Shown here: positions 48,788 to 57,795 of the stretch, in pieces | Numbering within the stretch: position 1 is the stretch's first letter | How the letters are laid out: each line of letters begins with the position of its first letter | Virus record (IMG/VR): IMGVR_UViG_641201351_000001 | Location: 32,001-96,000 of that record | Length of the DNA: 64,000 nucleotides | Reading direction: 5' to 3' (one strand) | Origin: a virus | Lineage: Duplodnaviria; Caudoviricetes | The notes under the pieces: generated by a model | Told to the model about the DNA's origin: nothing | The model's input: only the letters and a program-made list of their open reading frames with translations | Databases searched by the model: none | Position numbers and translations under genes: made by a program

Positions 48788-50740
48788 TTAAGGAGGATAT
48801 ACACTATTTATGTCTTTAAAGTACAAAAACATAAAATTTTCCACAAAATCCGATTCGGCAAACATTTGGCGCAAAACAATAGAATTTCTTCTGTTGAAGT
48901 AGTTATCTTGATAATATTCATTCGACGAATCAATTGTGTATAACTTACCAGCATCTAAAATTTTTACTTTAACTTCGTTTGATGGATCGTTTGTATCTAC
49001 ATATAAAGCAACAGTAATGTAAAATTCATCTACGAGAATACTTCCGTATCTTTCTTGGTTTTGATTACCTTGAAGACCAGGATTTCTAGCTACAGGAATA
49101 GTAAAAACAATTCCAACAATACAATCTTTATAAAATTCTACAAAACCAACAGAAAAATCATTACTTGTTGTGTATATAGATTTGTAAAAATGATAAGACA
49201 AACACCCTGTATAATCAATATCTGGATGTTTAGAAGATAAAATTGAGCAAATGTCTTCATTAAATTCTTGTTTTACAACTAAACCTGGTGGGTTTCCAGG
49301 AGAAGAAGACTGCTTTTTGTCTTCAAATAACGGAAGTTCGCTGTTGTGAATTTCTATGTTTCCTGAAGTTGCCATGAATGTAAAGCAACCGCTCTTTTTA
49401 GCCGCATTTAAAATATACTCACTATTATCTCTTGTAAAAATTAACACACTAGGCAGGGAAGGACAGAAATCCAAGTAAGAATTTCCCCTTAGAACAGAAT
49501 TTGTTGATCCACCATAAGAAGACGTGTCAAAAATATCACTAAATCTTGGATATGCAAAAATAACTAACTTATTATTTTTTTCTTTTGCAAAGAACAAATT
49601 TTTCTTATAATAAAGCTCAGAGTGCAATGTGTCATCATAAATATTTACATTATTAGTGTATGTACTATTTGAACCAAGAGAGGCCAAATAAGAAAATTTG
49701 TAAAATTCTTTTGGATTTTCTCTTACAAATGGAATATAATTTGAAAAAGAAAAATTAAAATTGTCATCAAGACTAACAACTCTGATGTACCCCAAGTAAA
49801 GAGTTATAGATTTTCTGTTAACAGAGGTAGAAACATAAAGAGAATATGGTTCTAAAAACTTTGTTTCATTTGAATATATCTTGCGAATATATGTGTTGTT
49901 AACAAAATATGTATATACAGAATAGTAATTATTGTCATAAACATCCAAGTTAATAGAAAAATTTTCCAAAAGATAGGAAGTGTCTTTAAGATGATTTTCC
50001 GTTCTTGTTTCTACCTTAATCGGTGTTATACTTGGTTGCCCATTTGAAAGACCAATAGAAAAAACATGATAAGTATAATCTAAAGTAAAACTTTCACTAT
50101 TATAATCACCATGCAAATATGAAGCCAAAAATACATTATCTTTTAAGTGAGTAATCCCCATAAAATTTCCGTGAGGTACTTGCGGATACAGAGAAAGAGG
50201 ATGATAAATCCCCTCTAAAGTAATACTACTTGAAGTTATTTTGTAAATAAAATAAATGTCATCGTAGAATAAATAAATAGAAGTTGAACCACCTTGCTTT
50301 TCAGCGTAAATAAGGCCCTTTTCAACATAATAAAAACCATCCTCAGTTTTAAATATTATCTTTTGAGTGTCATCATTTGTATAGTAATACTTTACAATAA
50401 AACCTGTTTCATTTGAAAAAAATGGGTGGGAATAAAAATTGGTTATGACGCTCAGTAAATCGTTAATGGGATTGTATACAGCAACAGCTTCAAGACAATC
50501 ATTTCCTTCTGATGTTGTACATCCATCAATAAGTTTGTATAGCTTTAATCTGTAATTAACGCCACCTATATTAGATAGATAATTTAAGTATTCAGTTTGC
50601 AATAAATAAATTTCACCATTTTTTTCTAAAAACGCTCCTGTCTGATAAAATGGGTTCCAAAACCCTTCTTCAGAAACTCGCCAATAAGTTAATTCTGTAT
50701 TTTTTTGTTCACTTTGTTTTTGTATACAATCTGTAGCCAT
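48788..50740 (-). CDS. Tyr-rich beta protein, probable virion / receptor-binding protein
   Basis: 650 aa; paralogue of 50771..52609. Confidence 0.6.
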   Translation of the reverse strand: MATDCIQKQSEQKNTELTYWRVSEEGFWNPFYQTGAFLEKNGEIYLLQTEYLNYLSNIGGVNYRLKLYKLIDGCTTSEGNDCLEAVAVYNPINDLLSVITNFYSHPFFSNETGFIVKYYYTNDDTQKIIFKTEDGFYYVEKGLIYAEKQGGSTSIYLFYDDIYFIYKITSSSITLEGIYHPLSLYPQVPHGNFMGITHLKDNVFLASYLHGDYNSESFTLDYTYHVFSIGLSNGQPSITPIKVETRTENHLKDTSYLLENFSINLDVYDNNYYSVYTYFVNNTYIRKIYSNETKFLEPYSLYVSTSVNRKSITLYLGYIRVVSLDDNFNFSFSNYIPFVRENPKEFYKFSYLASLGSNSTYTNNVNIYDDTLHSELYYKKNLFFAKEKNNKLVIFAYPRFSDIFDTSSYGGSTNSVLRGNSYLDFCPSLPSVLIFTRDNSEYILNAAKKSGCFTFMATSGNIEIHNSELPLFEDKKQSSSPGNPPGLVVKQEFNEDICSILSSKHPDIDYTGCLSYHFYKSIYTTSNDFSVGFVEFYKDCIVGIVFTIPVARNPGLQGNQNQERYGSILVDEFYITVALYVDTNDPSNEVKVKILDAGKLYTIDSSNEYYQDNYFNRRNSIVLRQMFAESDFVENFMFLYFKDINSVYPP

Positions 50741-50770
50741 ATCGGTTTTTATTATACAAGGAAAATATTG

Positions 50771-52609
50771 TTACGCAGCAACGCCACCTCCATCTCCTTG
50801 AGGTAGTTCGCTGTAAACATACACAGAATAGTGTAATCTTTTTTGATTATCAAAGAAAATTTGTGGAATATGTACAGAAGCTCCTCTATTAGTATAAGTA
50901 TCACTAGGAGAAGCTACATAAAGCGGTGCAGCGTCTAGTATTTTATATTCTTTTATAAGATTACCTTGTTCATCAAAAGAAAATCTGAACAAAACGATAA
51001 CTAAATATTCTTCTATTGGGGATTCGTTTGGAGCAGATTTTAAATCGTTTTGCGTATTCAAAAGCCTAAAAGCACCTACTATCGATAAACTACACCCATC
51101 ACTAAAACTTTGAACTGCATTTAATAGCTGAATAAAATAACCAATAATGTTTACGAAATAAAACCCTAGAGAAGAACAATCAGAGATTGCATATTTGTAA
51201 GATAGAATTTGACATATATCTGACTTCGCTGAGTTATTTACAAATACTCCATAAGGAGTTGTTGGATTTGTTGTTTTTTCTTCGAAAATTGGCAAAGCAC
51301 TATTAAAAAACTTATAGTAAAAATCCAAATTGTTGTCTTCACTTACACCAGTAAAATAATTTTCATTAAAAACAAATTTTAGATTTGCTTCATCAAAGTC
51401 ATAGATAACAAAGGTTGCTGGAATTCTAACAAAAGTATAGTGCGACATTGCTACATTTGTTTTACCAATATCTGGTAAATCTTCTATCGTTAAGTAATCA
51501 ATCATTCCCACCAGAACAACTTTGTTGCCAATTTTGAAAAACTTACCATTAATAAAATCGATATGGTTAACATATGTATTACTTACATTAAGTAGATTTG
51601 TAAGAAGAGTGTTCAGATCACTATAAAAGGCTGGAGTGTAAAAATCAGATATTGTTAAACCATCTCGATTGGAAAATTTAATAACTTTTAATAGTAATGG
51701 TTCAAGTTCGACACCAAACCCACTAGTATCATCGTAAAAATAAAAGTAAAGATACGTTCCTAGAACAAACAAATCATCAGAATTATGCACAGCCTGCAAA
51801 AAGTAGCTGTTTACTTGAAATGTATATGGATCCAAAGTGCTTATTCCATAATCTGAAGGGTTTGTAGAAAATGACAACTGATGTTGTGCAAGTATACTCT
51901 TTTGACCACTTTGCGTATCTAATGAATACATCAAAAGTTTAGGCATAAGGTAGAGATCTGACGTAGAGCTTACTCCTGCATATAAAAATAAGCTATTTCC
52001 TTTATACTTCAAAAATCCTTGTTCATATGTTGCGCTATCTGGTAGACAACCTCCAAGGGCTGCATGTTCCAAAATTGGAATTTCTATTCTTTCTAAAGTC
52101 ATTGAATTAGAAGAGATTCTAAAAATAAGATAGATATCGAAGGAAGATAAAATGTAGGTGTTATAATAACCCGTAGTTCTAAACAGGGAATTTTCTACTT
52201 TAATAACCGCCAAATATTCATCAGAACCTACTTGTTGCAGATCATAAAAATTTATAGGATAAATATTAAGAAGCTTGTAAATTTGCTCACCACCTTGAAC
52301 GCTGCATAAATACTGTGAAAGAGCGTTAAAAATTTCACTATCTACATAAGTTAAGTCAATTGATGATACAACGCTGCAGGTATCTTCATAACAACTTGTT
52401 TCATCTACAAGTTTTGCCTCAACTACATAGTTTTGAATTACTTCATCATATCTTCTTGCAAAATAAAAAAGATAGTTTCTTCCGTTTATAGGAAACTTAA
52501 ACGAGGAATAAAGATTATTTTGATTATAATAGTAAGGTAGCAACTCATCAATAAATCCGTTAAAGTTTGGTTCTTGAGTTCTGTTTATGTTTGCGCAATC
52601 TATTCCCAT
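50771..52609 (-). CDS. Tyr-rich beta protein, probable virion / receptor-binding protein
   Basis: 612 aa; shares NS.LP.FE.K, DIC.ILS.K and KILDA..LY with its neighbour. Confidence 0.6.
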   Translation of the reverse strand: MGIDCANINRTQEPNFNGFIDELLPYYYNQNNLYSSFKFPINGRNYLFYFARRYDEVIQNYVVEAKLVDETSCYEDTCSVVSSIDLTYVDSEIFNALSQYLCSVQGGEQIYKLLNIYPINFYDLQQVGSDEYLAVIKVENSLFRTTGYYNTYILSSFDIYLIFRISSNSMTLERIEIPILEHAALGGCLPDSATYEQGFLKYKGNSLFLYAGVSSTSDLYLMPKLLMYSLDTQSGQKSILAQHQLSFSTNPSDYGISTLDPYTFQVNSYFLQAVHNSDDLFVLGTYLYFYFYDDTSGFGVELEPLLLKVIKFSNRDGLTISDFYTPAFYSDLNTLLTNLLNVSNTYVNHIDFINGKFFKIGNKVVLVGMIDYLTIEDLPDIGKTNVAMSHYTFVRIPATFVIYDFDEANLKFVFNENYFTGVSEDNNLDFYYKFFNSALPIFEEKTTNPTTPYGVFVNNSAKSDICQILSYKYAISDCSSLGFYFVNIIGYFIQLLNAVQSFSDGCSLSIVGAFRLLNTQNDLKSAPNESPIEEYLVIVLFRFSFDEQGNLIKEYKILDAAPLYVASPSDTYTNRGASVHIPQIFFDNQKRLHYSVYVYSELPQGDGGGVAA

Positions 52610-52817
52610 AAGTACTATTTTAATCAGAATGTTTTAGCAATAATTTAAATTTGAAAAAGCGTTTACTTACATTTCGCTCTCACTACATATATAAACTTAT
52701 TCCTATTTCGCACTTTATCCAAAACAAAATCCGTTTCAAGTTATTGCCAAAAAACGCAATATATATGGATAGCGTTTAGCTCTTTTTTGTATGGAGTTTG
52801 TGATAAGAATGTTTCTC

Positions 52818-52850
52818 AAAAAATAATTAGGGGGGCTTGTTTGGCCCCCC
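52818..52850 (-). terminator. Intrinsic terminator
   Basis: GGGGGGC/GCCCCCC hairpin with T-rich tail on the minus strand. Confidence 0.7.
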
Positions 52851-52866
52851 ACACCCCTTTCCTCCC

Positions 52867-53073
52867 TTACTTTAGCCTATAGGCATATTCTGTTGCGTAA
52901 GGGAGAAAGGGCACCTCCCAAACCTCAATGTATTCTGCACCCCTTTTCTTAACGATAAGGGCTTCTGCATGGCGATTTATGCCGATAGTCTTGAGAATGT
53001 TCTTGACAAGCATGGGGTTAAGAACAAGAACATACCCCTTTTCGTCCCAAAATTGTCCAATGGGCTTCTTCAT
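52867..53073 (-). CDS. Small early protein (68 aa), paralogue of 53328..53534
   Basis: GGAGGTGA SD before ATG 53073; GAEYIEVW..AYRLK. Confidence 0.8.
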   Translation of the reverse strand: MKKPIGQFWDEKGYVLVLNPMLVKNILKTIGINRHAEALIVKKRGAEYIEVWEVPFLPYATEYAYRLK

Positions 53074-53092
53074 CCCACTCACCTCCACCTTC

Positions 53093-53121
53093 ATAATACC
53101 CTACTTAATCCTTTTTGTCAA
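53093..53121 (-). promoter_or_regulatory. Sigma70-type promoter
   Basis: TTGACA-17 nt-TATTAT. Confidence 0.85.
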
Positions 53122-53280
53122 GCCCCAACACTTAATCACCATGCGTATCATGCGTGTATTCGGCATATAGGGAGGGCGCATAAGCTTGAGTGAGAGTGTG
53201 TTAGGAAAATTTACACGCTGAAACGCTAATGCACAAAATGTAACTTTTTTATTTTTCCCCTAGCGTTTAATTTTGTTTTA

Positions 53281-53314
53281 AAAAAAGATTAAGGGGGGCC
53301 AAGTTAGCCCCCCC
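53281..53314 (-). terminator. Intrinsic terminator
   Basis: GGGGGGC/GCCCCCC hairpin plus T tail on the minus strand. Confidence 0.7.
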
Positions 53315-53327
53315 ACTACGCCTATCG

Positions 53328-53534
53328 CTACTTCAAGCGATAGGCAATATCGTAAAGCTTCCACCCAAAGGTACCCCACACCTCGGCGTAATCGGCCCCA
53401 GAAGAATCAAGCTTTACAAGAAGATAGGGGAAGCGCTCACAAGTACCAATATACTCAAGTACGGACTTCACATCCTGAGAATCTTGCAAGAAAATGTAGC
53501 TATCGTCAAAGTCCCTGAGAAGCTTCTTTTCCAT
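53328..53534 (-). CDS. Small early protein (68 aa), paralogue of 52867..53073
   Basis: GGAGGTGA SD; GADYAEVW..AYRLK. Confidence 0.8.
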   Translation of the reverse strand: MEKKLLRDFDDSYIFLQDSQDVKSVLEYIGTCERFPYLLVKLDSSGADYAEVWGTFGWKLYDIAYRLK

Positions 53535-53553
53535 CCTACTCACCTCCACCTTC

Positions 53554-53582
53554 ATCATAACCCATTAATGACTATTTGTCAA
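53554..53582 (-). promoter_or_regulatory. Sigma70-type promoter
   Basis: TTGACA-17 nt-TATGAT. Confidence 0.85.
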
Positions 53583-53766
53583 GCCTATCTGCCAATAGCG
53601 TGCACCTAACGTTGAGGTAAGTATGAAGTTTGTGTTGGGGAAAATTGCTTAAAGCGTAAACGCATAAACGCTAAACGCAAAGCCACAGAATTTTGTCTGT
53701 TGGAGATATTAATGGATAGCGTTTAATTGTTTTTGTATGCCCCCCTTCAACGGGGGGGCGTGCAAG

Positions 53767-53919
53767 CTAACCTTCTATGACCTCTCCTCCGATGAGGAGG
53801 AATACTATTTTCCCGCCCCTTTTATCCATAGCTTCTAGGGCGAATCCTGACAACCTTATTTCCTCAGCGTACCTGATGAAGTGTAGAAGATTTTCAATGA
53901 ACCTGATGACTTTGCTCAT
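53767..53919 (-). CDS. 50-aa early protein not in the ORF track
   Basis: MSKVIRFIENLLHFIRYAEEIRLSGFALEAMDKRGGKIVFLLIGGEVIEG; own promoter, GGAGGTGA SD and a downstream G/C hairpin. Confidence 0.75.
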   Translation of the reverse strand: MSKVIRFIENLLHFIRYAEEIRLSGFALEAMDKRGGKIVFLLIGGEVIEG

Positions 53920-53937
53920 GGTTCACCTCCCAACACT

Positions 53938-53966
53938 AAGATACCTCTTTTAGTACATTTTGTCAA
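53938..53966 (-). promoter_or_regulatory. Sigma70-type promoter
   Basis: TTGACA-17 nt-TATCTT. Confidence 0.8.
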
Positions 53967-53975
53967 GGGGGGAGT

Positions 53976-54005
53976 AAAAAGAAAAACCTCCCCTTTACGG
54001 GGAGG
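53976..54005 (-). terminator. Repeated terminator CCTCCCC-loop-GGGGAGG
   Basis: Hairpin followed by TTTTTCTTTTT on the minus strand. Confidence 0.85.
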
Positions 54006-54021
54006 TTAAGGTTAGGGGGGC

Positions 54022-54252
54022 TTACTTAAACTCCTTCACATAAGGAGCTTGCAAGCCCCTCTGCCTTATTAACAAAACCCTATCAGGAAACACAGCGAGA
54101 GAGTGATGAACAAAGTCAAGCTTGCTTAGAGTTTCGGAGAAGTCCAAAAGAAGGACTTCACCAAAGTTTTCATCCTCCAAGATTTTTACCGAGATTCCGA
54201 GATTGAGGGATTCAAGGAACTCTTTCAACGCTTCTTTCTCTTGCCTAGTCAT
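54022..54252 (-). CDS. Small early protein (76 aa)
   Basis: GGAGGTGA SD before ATG 54252. Confidence 0.75.
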   Translation of the reverse strand: MTRQEKEALKEFLESLNLGISVKILEDENFGEVLLLDFSETLSKLDFVHHSLAVFPDRVLLIRQRGLQAPYVKEFK

Positions 54253-54271
54253 GCTCATCACCTCCACCCTC

Positions 54272-54300
54272 ATCTTAGCACCAGAAAATAAGTGCGTCAA
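54272..54300 (-). promoter_or_regulatory. Sigma70-type promoter
   Basis: TTGACG-17 nt-TAAGAT with TG extension. Confidence 0.8.
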
Positions 54301-54327
54301 GAGGCATTAGCGTTTACTTAGCGTTTT

Positions 54328-54357
54328 AAAAAAGAAAAACCTCCCCGAAAGGGGAGG
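54328..54357 (-). terminator. Repeated terminator CCTCCCC-loop-GGGGAGG
   Basis: Hairpin plus T run. Confidence 0.85.
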
Positions 54358-54381
54358 CTACACTTCCTCTACCATTTCCAC

Positions 54382-54618
54382 TCAGGATCGGATATACATC
54401 ACGCTATCCCCGTAGTACCATGCACTAAGTACTTTATCTTTGTCAGTAACTACCACGGCCACTCCAGTTGGATTGTGAAGATTAAAGTAGATGTCGTGTG
54501 TTAGACCATACTCATCTTCAGCGATGATGTGTAAGAGATCGCCGTCTGTATAGACTTCCTTTACTTTTTTCCTGACCAAAGACCCGTTTAGTAAGATGTT
54601 TAGTACCTTTCCGACCAT
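54382..54618 (-). CDS. Small early protein (78 aa)
   Basis: AAGGAGGTGA SD before ATG 54618. Confidence 0.75.
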   Translation of the reverse strand: MVGKVLNILLNGSLVRKKVKEVYTDGDLLHIIAEDEYGLTHDIYFNLHNPTGVAVVVTDKDKVLSAWYYGDSVMYIRS

Positions 54619-54656
54619 CTTCTTCACCTCCTTGAGCCTTCCTCAGGCTCACATCT

Positions 54657-54685
54657 ATCTTAATACCTCAGCACCTCAAAGTCAA
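54657..54685 (-). promoter_or_regulatory. Sigma70-type promoter
   Basis: TTGACT-17 nt-TAAGAT. Confidence 0.75.
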
Positions 54686-54863
54686 GGCTCCATAGCGTGT
54701 ACATTATCTATTTCTAGGTGCGTATGCTTGCGATTTGCGATTTATTTACGCTAAAAGCGTAATACACGCTAAAAGCAAAATAAAAACTATCTCCAAAATA
54801 CTTTTTCCACTTAGCTTTATCAAAACACTATAGGTTATCTTTTGCGTTTACTTAGCACATCTT

Positions 54864-54892
54864 AAAAGAAAAGACCTCCCCTTTCGGGGAGG
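54864..54892 (-). terminator. Repeated terminator CCTCCCC-loop-GGGGAGG
   Basis: Hairpin plus T-rich tail. Confidence 0.85.
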
Positions 54893-54908
54893 TATCCTTG
54901 TAGGGATT

Positions 54909-55154
54909 TTACTCTACAAGGATCTTACGAATCTTGCCCTTTCTTTCCTCTATGCGCACTTTTCCAAAGGGGCTGTCCTCAAAGCCAACAAGCCTCCAGC
55001 TACTAGCACTAGTAACGCGGCATTGATCGCACCTCTTGGGTGGTTTGGTCTTAGCTTCAGCCACAAACTCCTTTCCACACTTCTCGCAAACGAGGACGAT
55101 CTTTTTAGGTGTCGGGCTCCTTTTCGTCATGCTAGCCTTTGTGCTCTTTCCCAT
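54909..55154 (-). CDS. Basic Zn-ribbon protein, paralogue of 59036..59266
   Basis: CEKCGKEF..PPKRCDQCR; AAGGAGGT SD. Confidence 0.85.
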   Translation of the reverse strand: MGKSTKASMTKRSPTPKKIVLVCEKCGKEFVAEAKTKPPKRCDQCRVTSASSWRLVGFEDSPFGKVRIEERKGKIRKILVE

Positions 55155-55190
55155 CTTTTACCTCCTTTGTCCCCTTGCGGGGACACCTTC

Positions 55191-55219
55191 ACTATACCTC
55201 ATATCCCCCTTTTTGTCAA
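55191..55219 (-). promoter_or_regulatory. Sigma70-type promoter
   Basis: TTGACA-17 nt-TATAGT. Confidence 0.85.
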
Positions 55220-55504
55220 GACCTATCTTGTGGGGTTTATTAGGGGGGGCGCTCAAAGCGTGTAGATTTGAAGATTGTCGTGAGATTTTGAAGATAGTTA
55301 AATGTAAACGCTAAAGCAGAGATTAGGGAGAGTTTTATGAAAATAAACGCTAGGATAATAAAAGTTTTGATTTTGAGATTTTTATTTTTGGGGTTTTTGT
55401 TTTTGAGATTTTTTGATCATTGGGTTTGTTTTGGGCGCTTGTTTTAAAATCTATTGAAAGCGTTTACTTGTTTTTGCGCAAAATAAAAAACAAAACATTT
55501 TCTT

Positions 55505-55990
55505 TTAATCTTCGTAAACAATCAAAATAGCATTCTTTGATATTCCTAGTTTAATAGCTTTCTCGTAAGTATCAACTACTATATCTGCAGATTTTATGTA
55601 TCTGGAGTTCATTGTGTCGTAGACAATACCTTCAAAAATTCCTAAATCTGAGATGATTTTTACTTTTTTGCCGCAAAGATGTTTTTTACGATTTTTGTCA
55701 AAGAATAAATCTTGTGATAGCGCTATGATTGTTTCTTTAACTCTTTCTATTGGGCCACAAGAGGCAACATATGGATCATCATCAGTTTGCTGAGGAACTA
55801 AGTTATAGAAGGATAATCTATTTAGCTTTTTGGCTAGAATAATATTAAAGTCTTCTTTGCTTTTGTCTTTTATGTAAAAATTCTTTGCGATTTGATATCT
55901 TTTATGGGCGATTTTTTCTTTGATCACAAAATATTGATCAATCATTAGAGGATTGAACAAAAACAGGAAAATGGTAAAAAGTTTTTTCAT
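55505..55990 (-). CDS. Exported 3D-domain / RlpA-like lytic transglycosylase-type protein
   Basis: Hydrophobic N-terminus; YN..PQQTDDDPYVASCG, IIALSQDL and VYDTMN..ADI. Confidence 0.7.
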   Translation of the reverse strand: MKKLFTIFLFLFNPLMIDQYFVIKEKIAHKRYQIAKNFYIKDKSKEDFNIILAKKLNRLSFYNLVPQQTDDDPYVASCGPIERVKETIIALSQDLFFDKNRKKHLCGKKVKIISDLGIFEGIVYDTMNSRYIKSADIVVDTYEKAIKLGISKNAILIVYED

Positions 55991-56023
55991 CTTGTTCCTC
56001 CTTTGCGTTTAGTTACCGAGCCT

Positions 56024-56051
56024 AAAGAAAAAACCTCCCCGAAAGGGGAGG
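56024..56051 (-). terminator. Repeated terminator CCTCCCC-loop-GGGGAGG
   Basis: Hairpin plus T run. Confidence 0.85.
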
Positions 56052-56073
56052 TTTTCTTCTTCAGGTATGCAGG

Positions 56074-56439
56074 TTAACTGACATACCTGAAGAATGGCAA
56101 CACCTTGGGGTGAGGAACTACCTCAATGATTAGTTTTTTTCCGTCAAAGCTAGAGATGATTAGCCCATCGTCAAGATATAGGTAGACATTCCTATCCCCC
56201 CTCGGAACGACAAAGAAGTTAGCAAAACCATTGTAACCCTCAGGAACCCCCCTAAGTGAAGCACCAGCGTACTCTACAAAGATGCGCCTAAGGTTAGAAA
56301 CCTCTACAAAGGCCCTAACGCTAAGCGCATCTTCACCCTTCTTCACATTCCCACCGATTTTTACATCGGTAGGCAGACCCCACTTCTCAAGGTACCTCTT
56401 GACCTCTTCCACGATCTTGTTCTGGAGTTTTTCTTCCAT
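56074..56439 (-). CDS. Early hypothetical protein (121 aa)
   Basis: AGGAGGTG SD before ATG 56439. Confidence 0.8.
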   Translation of the reverse strand: MEEKLQNKIVEEVKRYLEKWGLPTDVKIGGNVKKGEDALSVRAFVEVSNLRRIFVEYAGASLRGVPEGYNGFANFFVVPRGDRNVYLYLDDGLIISSFDGKKLIIEVVPHPKVLPFFRYVS

Positions 56440-56479
56440 CTTACACCTCCTCGCCTGAGGATTTACCCCAGGCACCTTC

Positions 56480-56508
56480 ATCCTACCACACCTTTCGTCT
56501 TGTGTCAA
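56480..56508 (-). promoter_or_regulatory. Sigma70-type promoter
   Basis: TTGACA-17 nt-TAGGAT with TG extension. Confidence 0.8.
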
Positions 56509-56641
56509 GCCCTCCCCCTCTCCGAGCATTGACTTGAGATTTTCGTGCGCTTTTGCGAGAAAGCTAAAATGTAAACGCTTTGGGAGAAATGAACGCTGAA
56601 ACGCTTAAGCAAAGAATGGTGTGTCTTGTTTTGTGGTAATA

Positions 56642-57250
56642 TTAAAAGTTTTCTTCTATTTCAAAGAGAACGCAAATATAACTCCTAGAAACGACAATGC
56701 TTTCTGTTTTCTTTGATAGTGAAACTTGGGAGATTAAAGGAAAGTATATTTCTTTTTCTTTGGCAAAATCTTCTTCTTTTGCCGGATAAAAGAAAATGTT
56801 TTTGCTTTCTATTGTTTGATAGGATCTCGTTATTGGGCTGTAAAATTTTTGTTGTGTTGTTTTTATCTTCATGAGAAAAGGTTTTGTTGAGTTGATGAGA
56901 TATCTCTTTTCGTCATCATTAACATAGTTTAAATACATGCTTTCAAAAAGCAAATCTAAAAAGTCTTCTAAGCCGCTTTCTAAATCTTCTTTATTTGGAA
57001 ACATGTCAAAAGTTTTTCTGAGGTAAAAGAAAGATTTATTTACAGCTTCTAGATGAGAGAAGGGGTTATCTAGTCTTCTTTCTTTTAACTGAAAAAGTAT
57101 TGATCTGCTAAAAAACTTTGGTTTTCTAAGAAAAAGAAGCTCTTTGTTTTGTTCAAGGATTTTTTCAACTGCTTCATAAATCATTGACTTAACTTTGTTT
57201 TGGTCAAATTTTTTGCTATCTAGCAAAATTAGTTTTTTCTCTAGCCTCAT
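56642..57250 (-). CDS. Hypothetical protein, C-terminal EENF
   Basis: Leaderless behind the promoter at 57257-57285. Confidence 0.8.
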   Translation of the reverse strand: MRLEKKLILLDSKKFDQNKVKSMIYEAVEKILEQNKELLFLRKPKFFSRSILFQLKERRLDNPFSHLEAVNKSFFYLRKTFDMFPNKEDLESGLEDFLDLLFESMYLNYVNDDEKRYLINSTKPFLMKIKTTQQKFYSPITRSYQTIESKNIFFYPAKEEDFAKEKEIYFPLISQVSLSKKTESIVVSRSYICVLFEIEENF

Positions 57251-57256
57251 GTTTTT

Positions 57257-57285
57257 AGGTTAGCAAAGCGCTAAAGCGTTGTCAA
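57257..57285 (-). promoter_or_regulatory. Sigma70-type promoter (leaderless)
   Basis: TTGACA-17 nt-TAACCT, then 6 nt and ATG. Confidence 0.8.
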
Positions 57286-57348
57286 GCGTTATATATTTGA
57301 GATGACAGCGTTTACTTATTTTTTCGTTAGAAAAAACTAAAAATTTTC

Positions 57349-57783
57349 TCAAAACACTTCTCTTAATATCACAAACTCAACTTCTCCAAAGCACAAATAT
57401 AGCGAACTATTTTTATCATAAACTCCAAAAATTGGTTTGTATATTGAATATGATCGGTGCGCATAATCCTTTTCAGACTTTTCTTTTAAGTAATATCTAA
57501 TCAAATCTTCATAATCTTCTATTTGTATAATGTCAAGAAGTTCTAATGTTATTCTTCTTTTGAAATCCTCCACGCTTGCATGTTCTTTTAAAGCAAACAT
57601 TCTTTTTTCTTTCCAGCGATTTAAAGCGTGTTTGTAATTTTTAAAATTCTCTTTGTATTTTGAATACGCTTTCTCAAAATCTTTGTAGTAAGTAATTTTG
57701 TGAGCATAATGCTTTAGAGAAATCATCGGGCTGTAGTGAGGTTGTGCAAAAAAGTATTTTTTGGCCTTTACTTCAAAAATCAT
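57349..57783 (-). CDS. Hypothetical protein, paralogue of 57796..58221 (ends REVF)
   Basis: EVK.KKYF..P.Y.P.I.LK.Y and YEDLI..YL shared with the neighbour. Confidence 0.85.
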   Translation of the reverse strand: MIFEVKAKKYFFAQPHYSPMISLKHYAHKITYYKDFEKAYSKYKENFKNYKHALNRWKEKRMFALKEHASVEDFKRRITLELLDIIQIEDYEDLIRYYLKEKSEKDYAHRSYSIYKPIFGVYDKNSSLYLCFGEVEFVILREVF

Positions 57784-57795
57784 AATTAAACCCCT

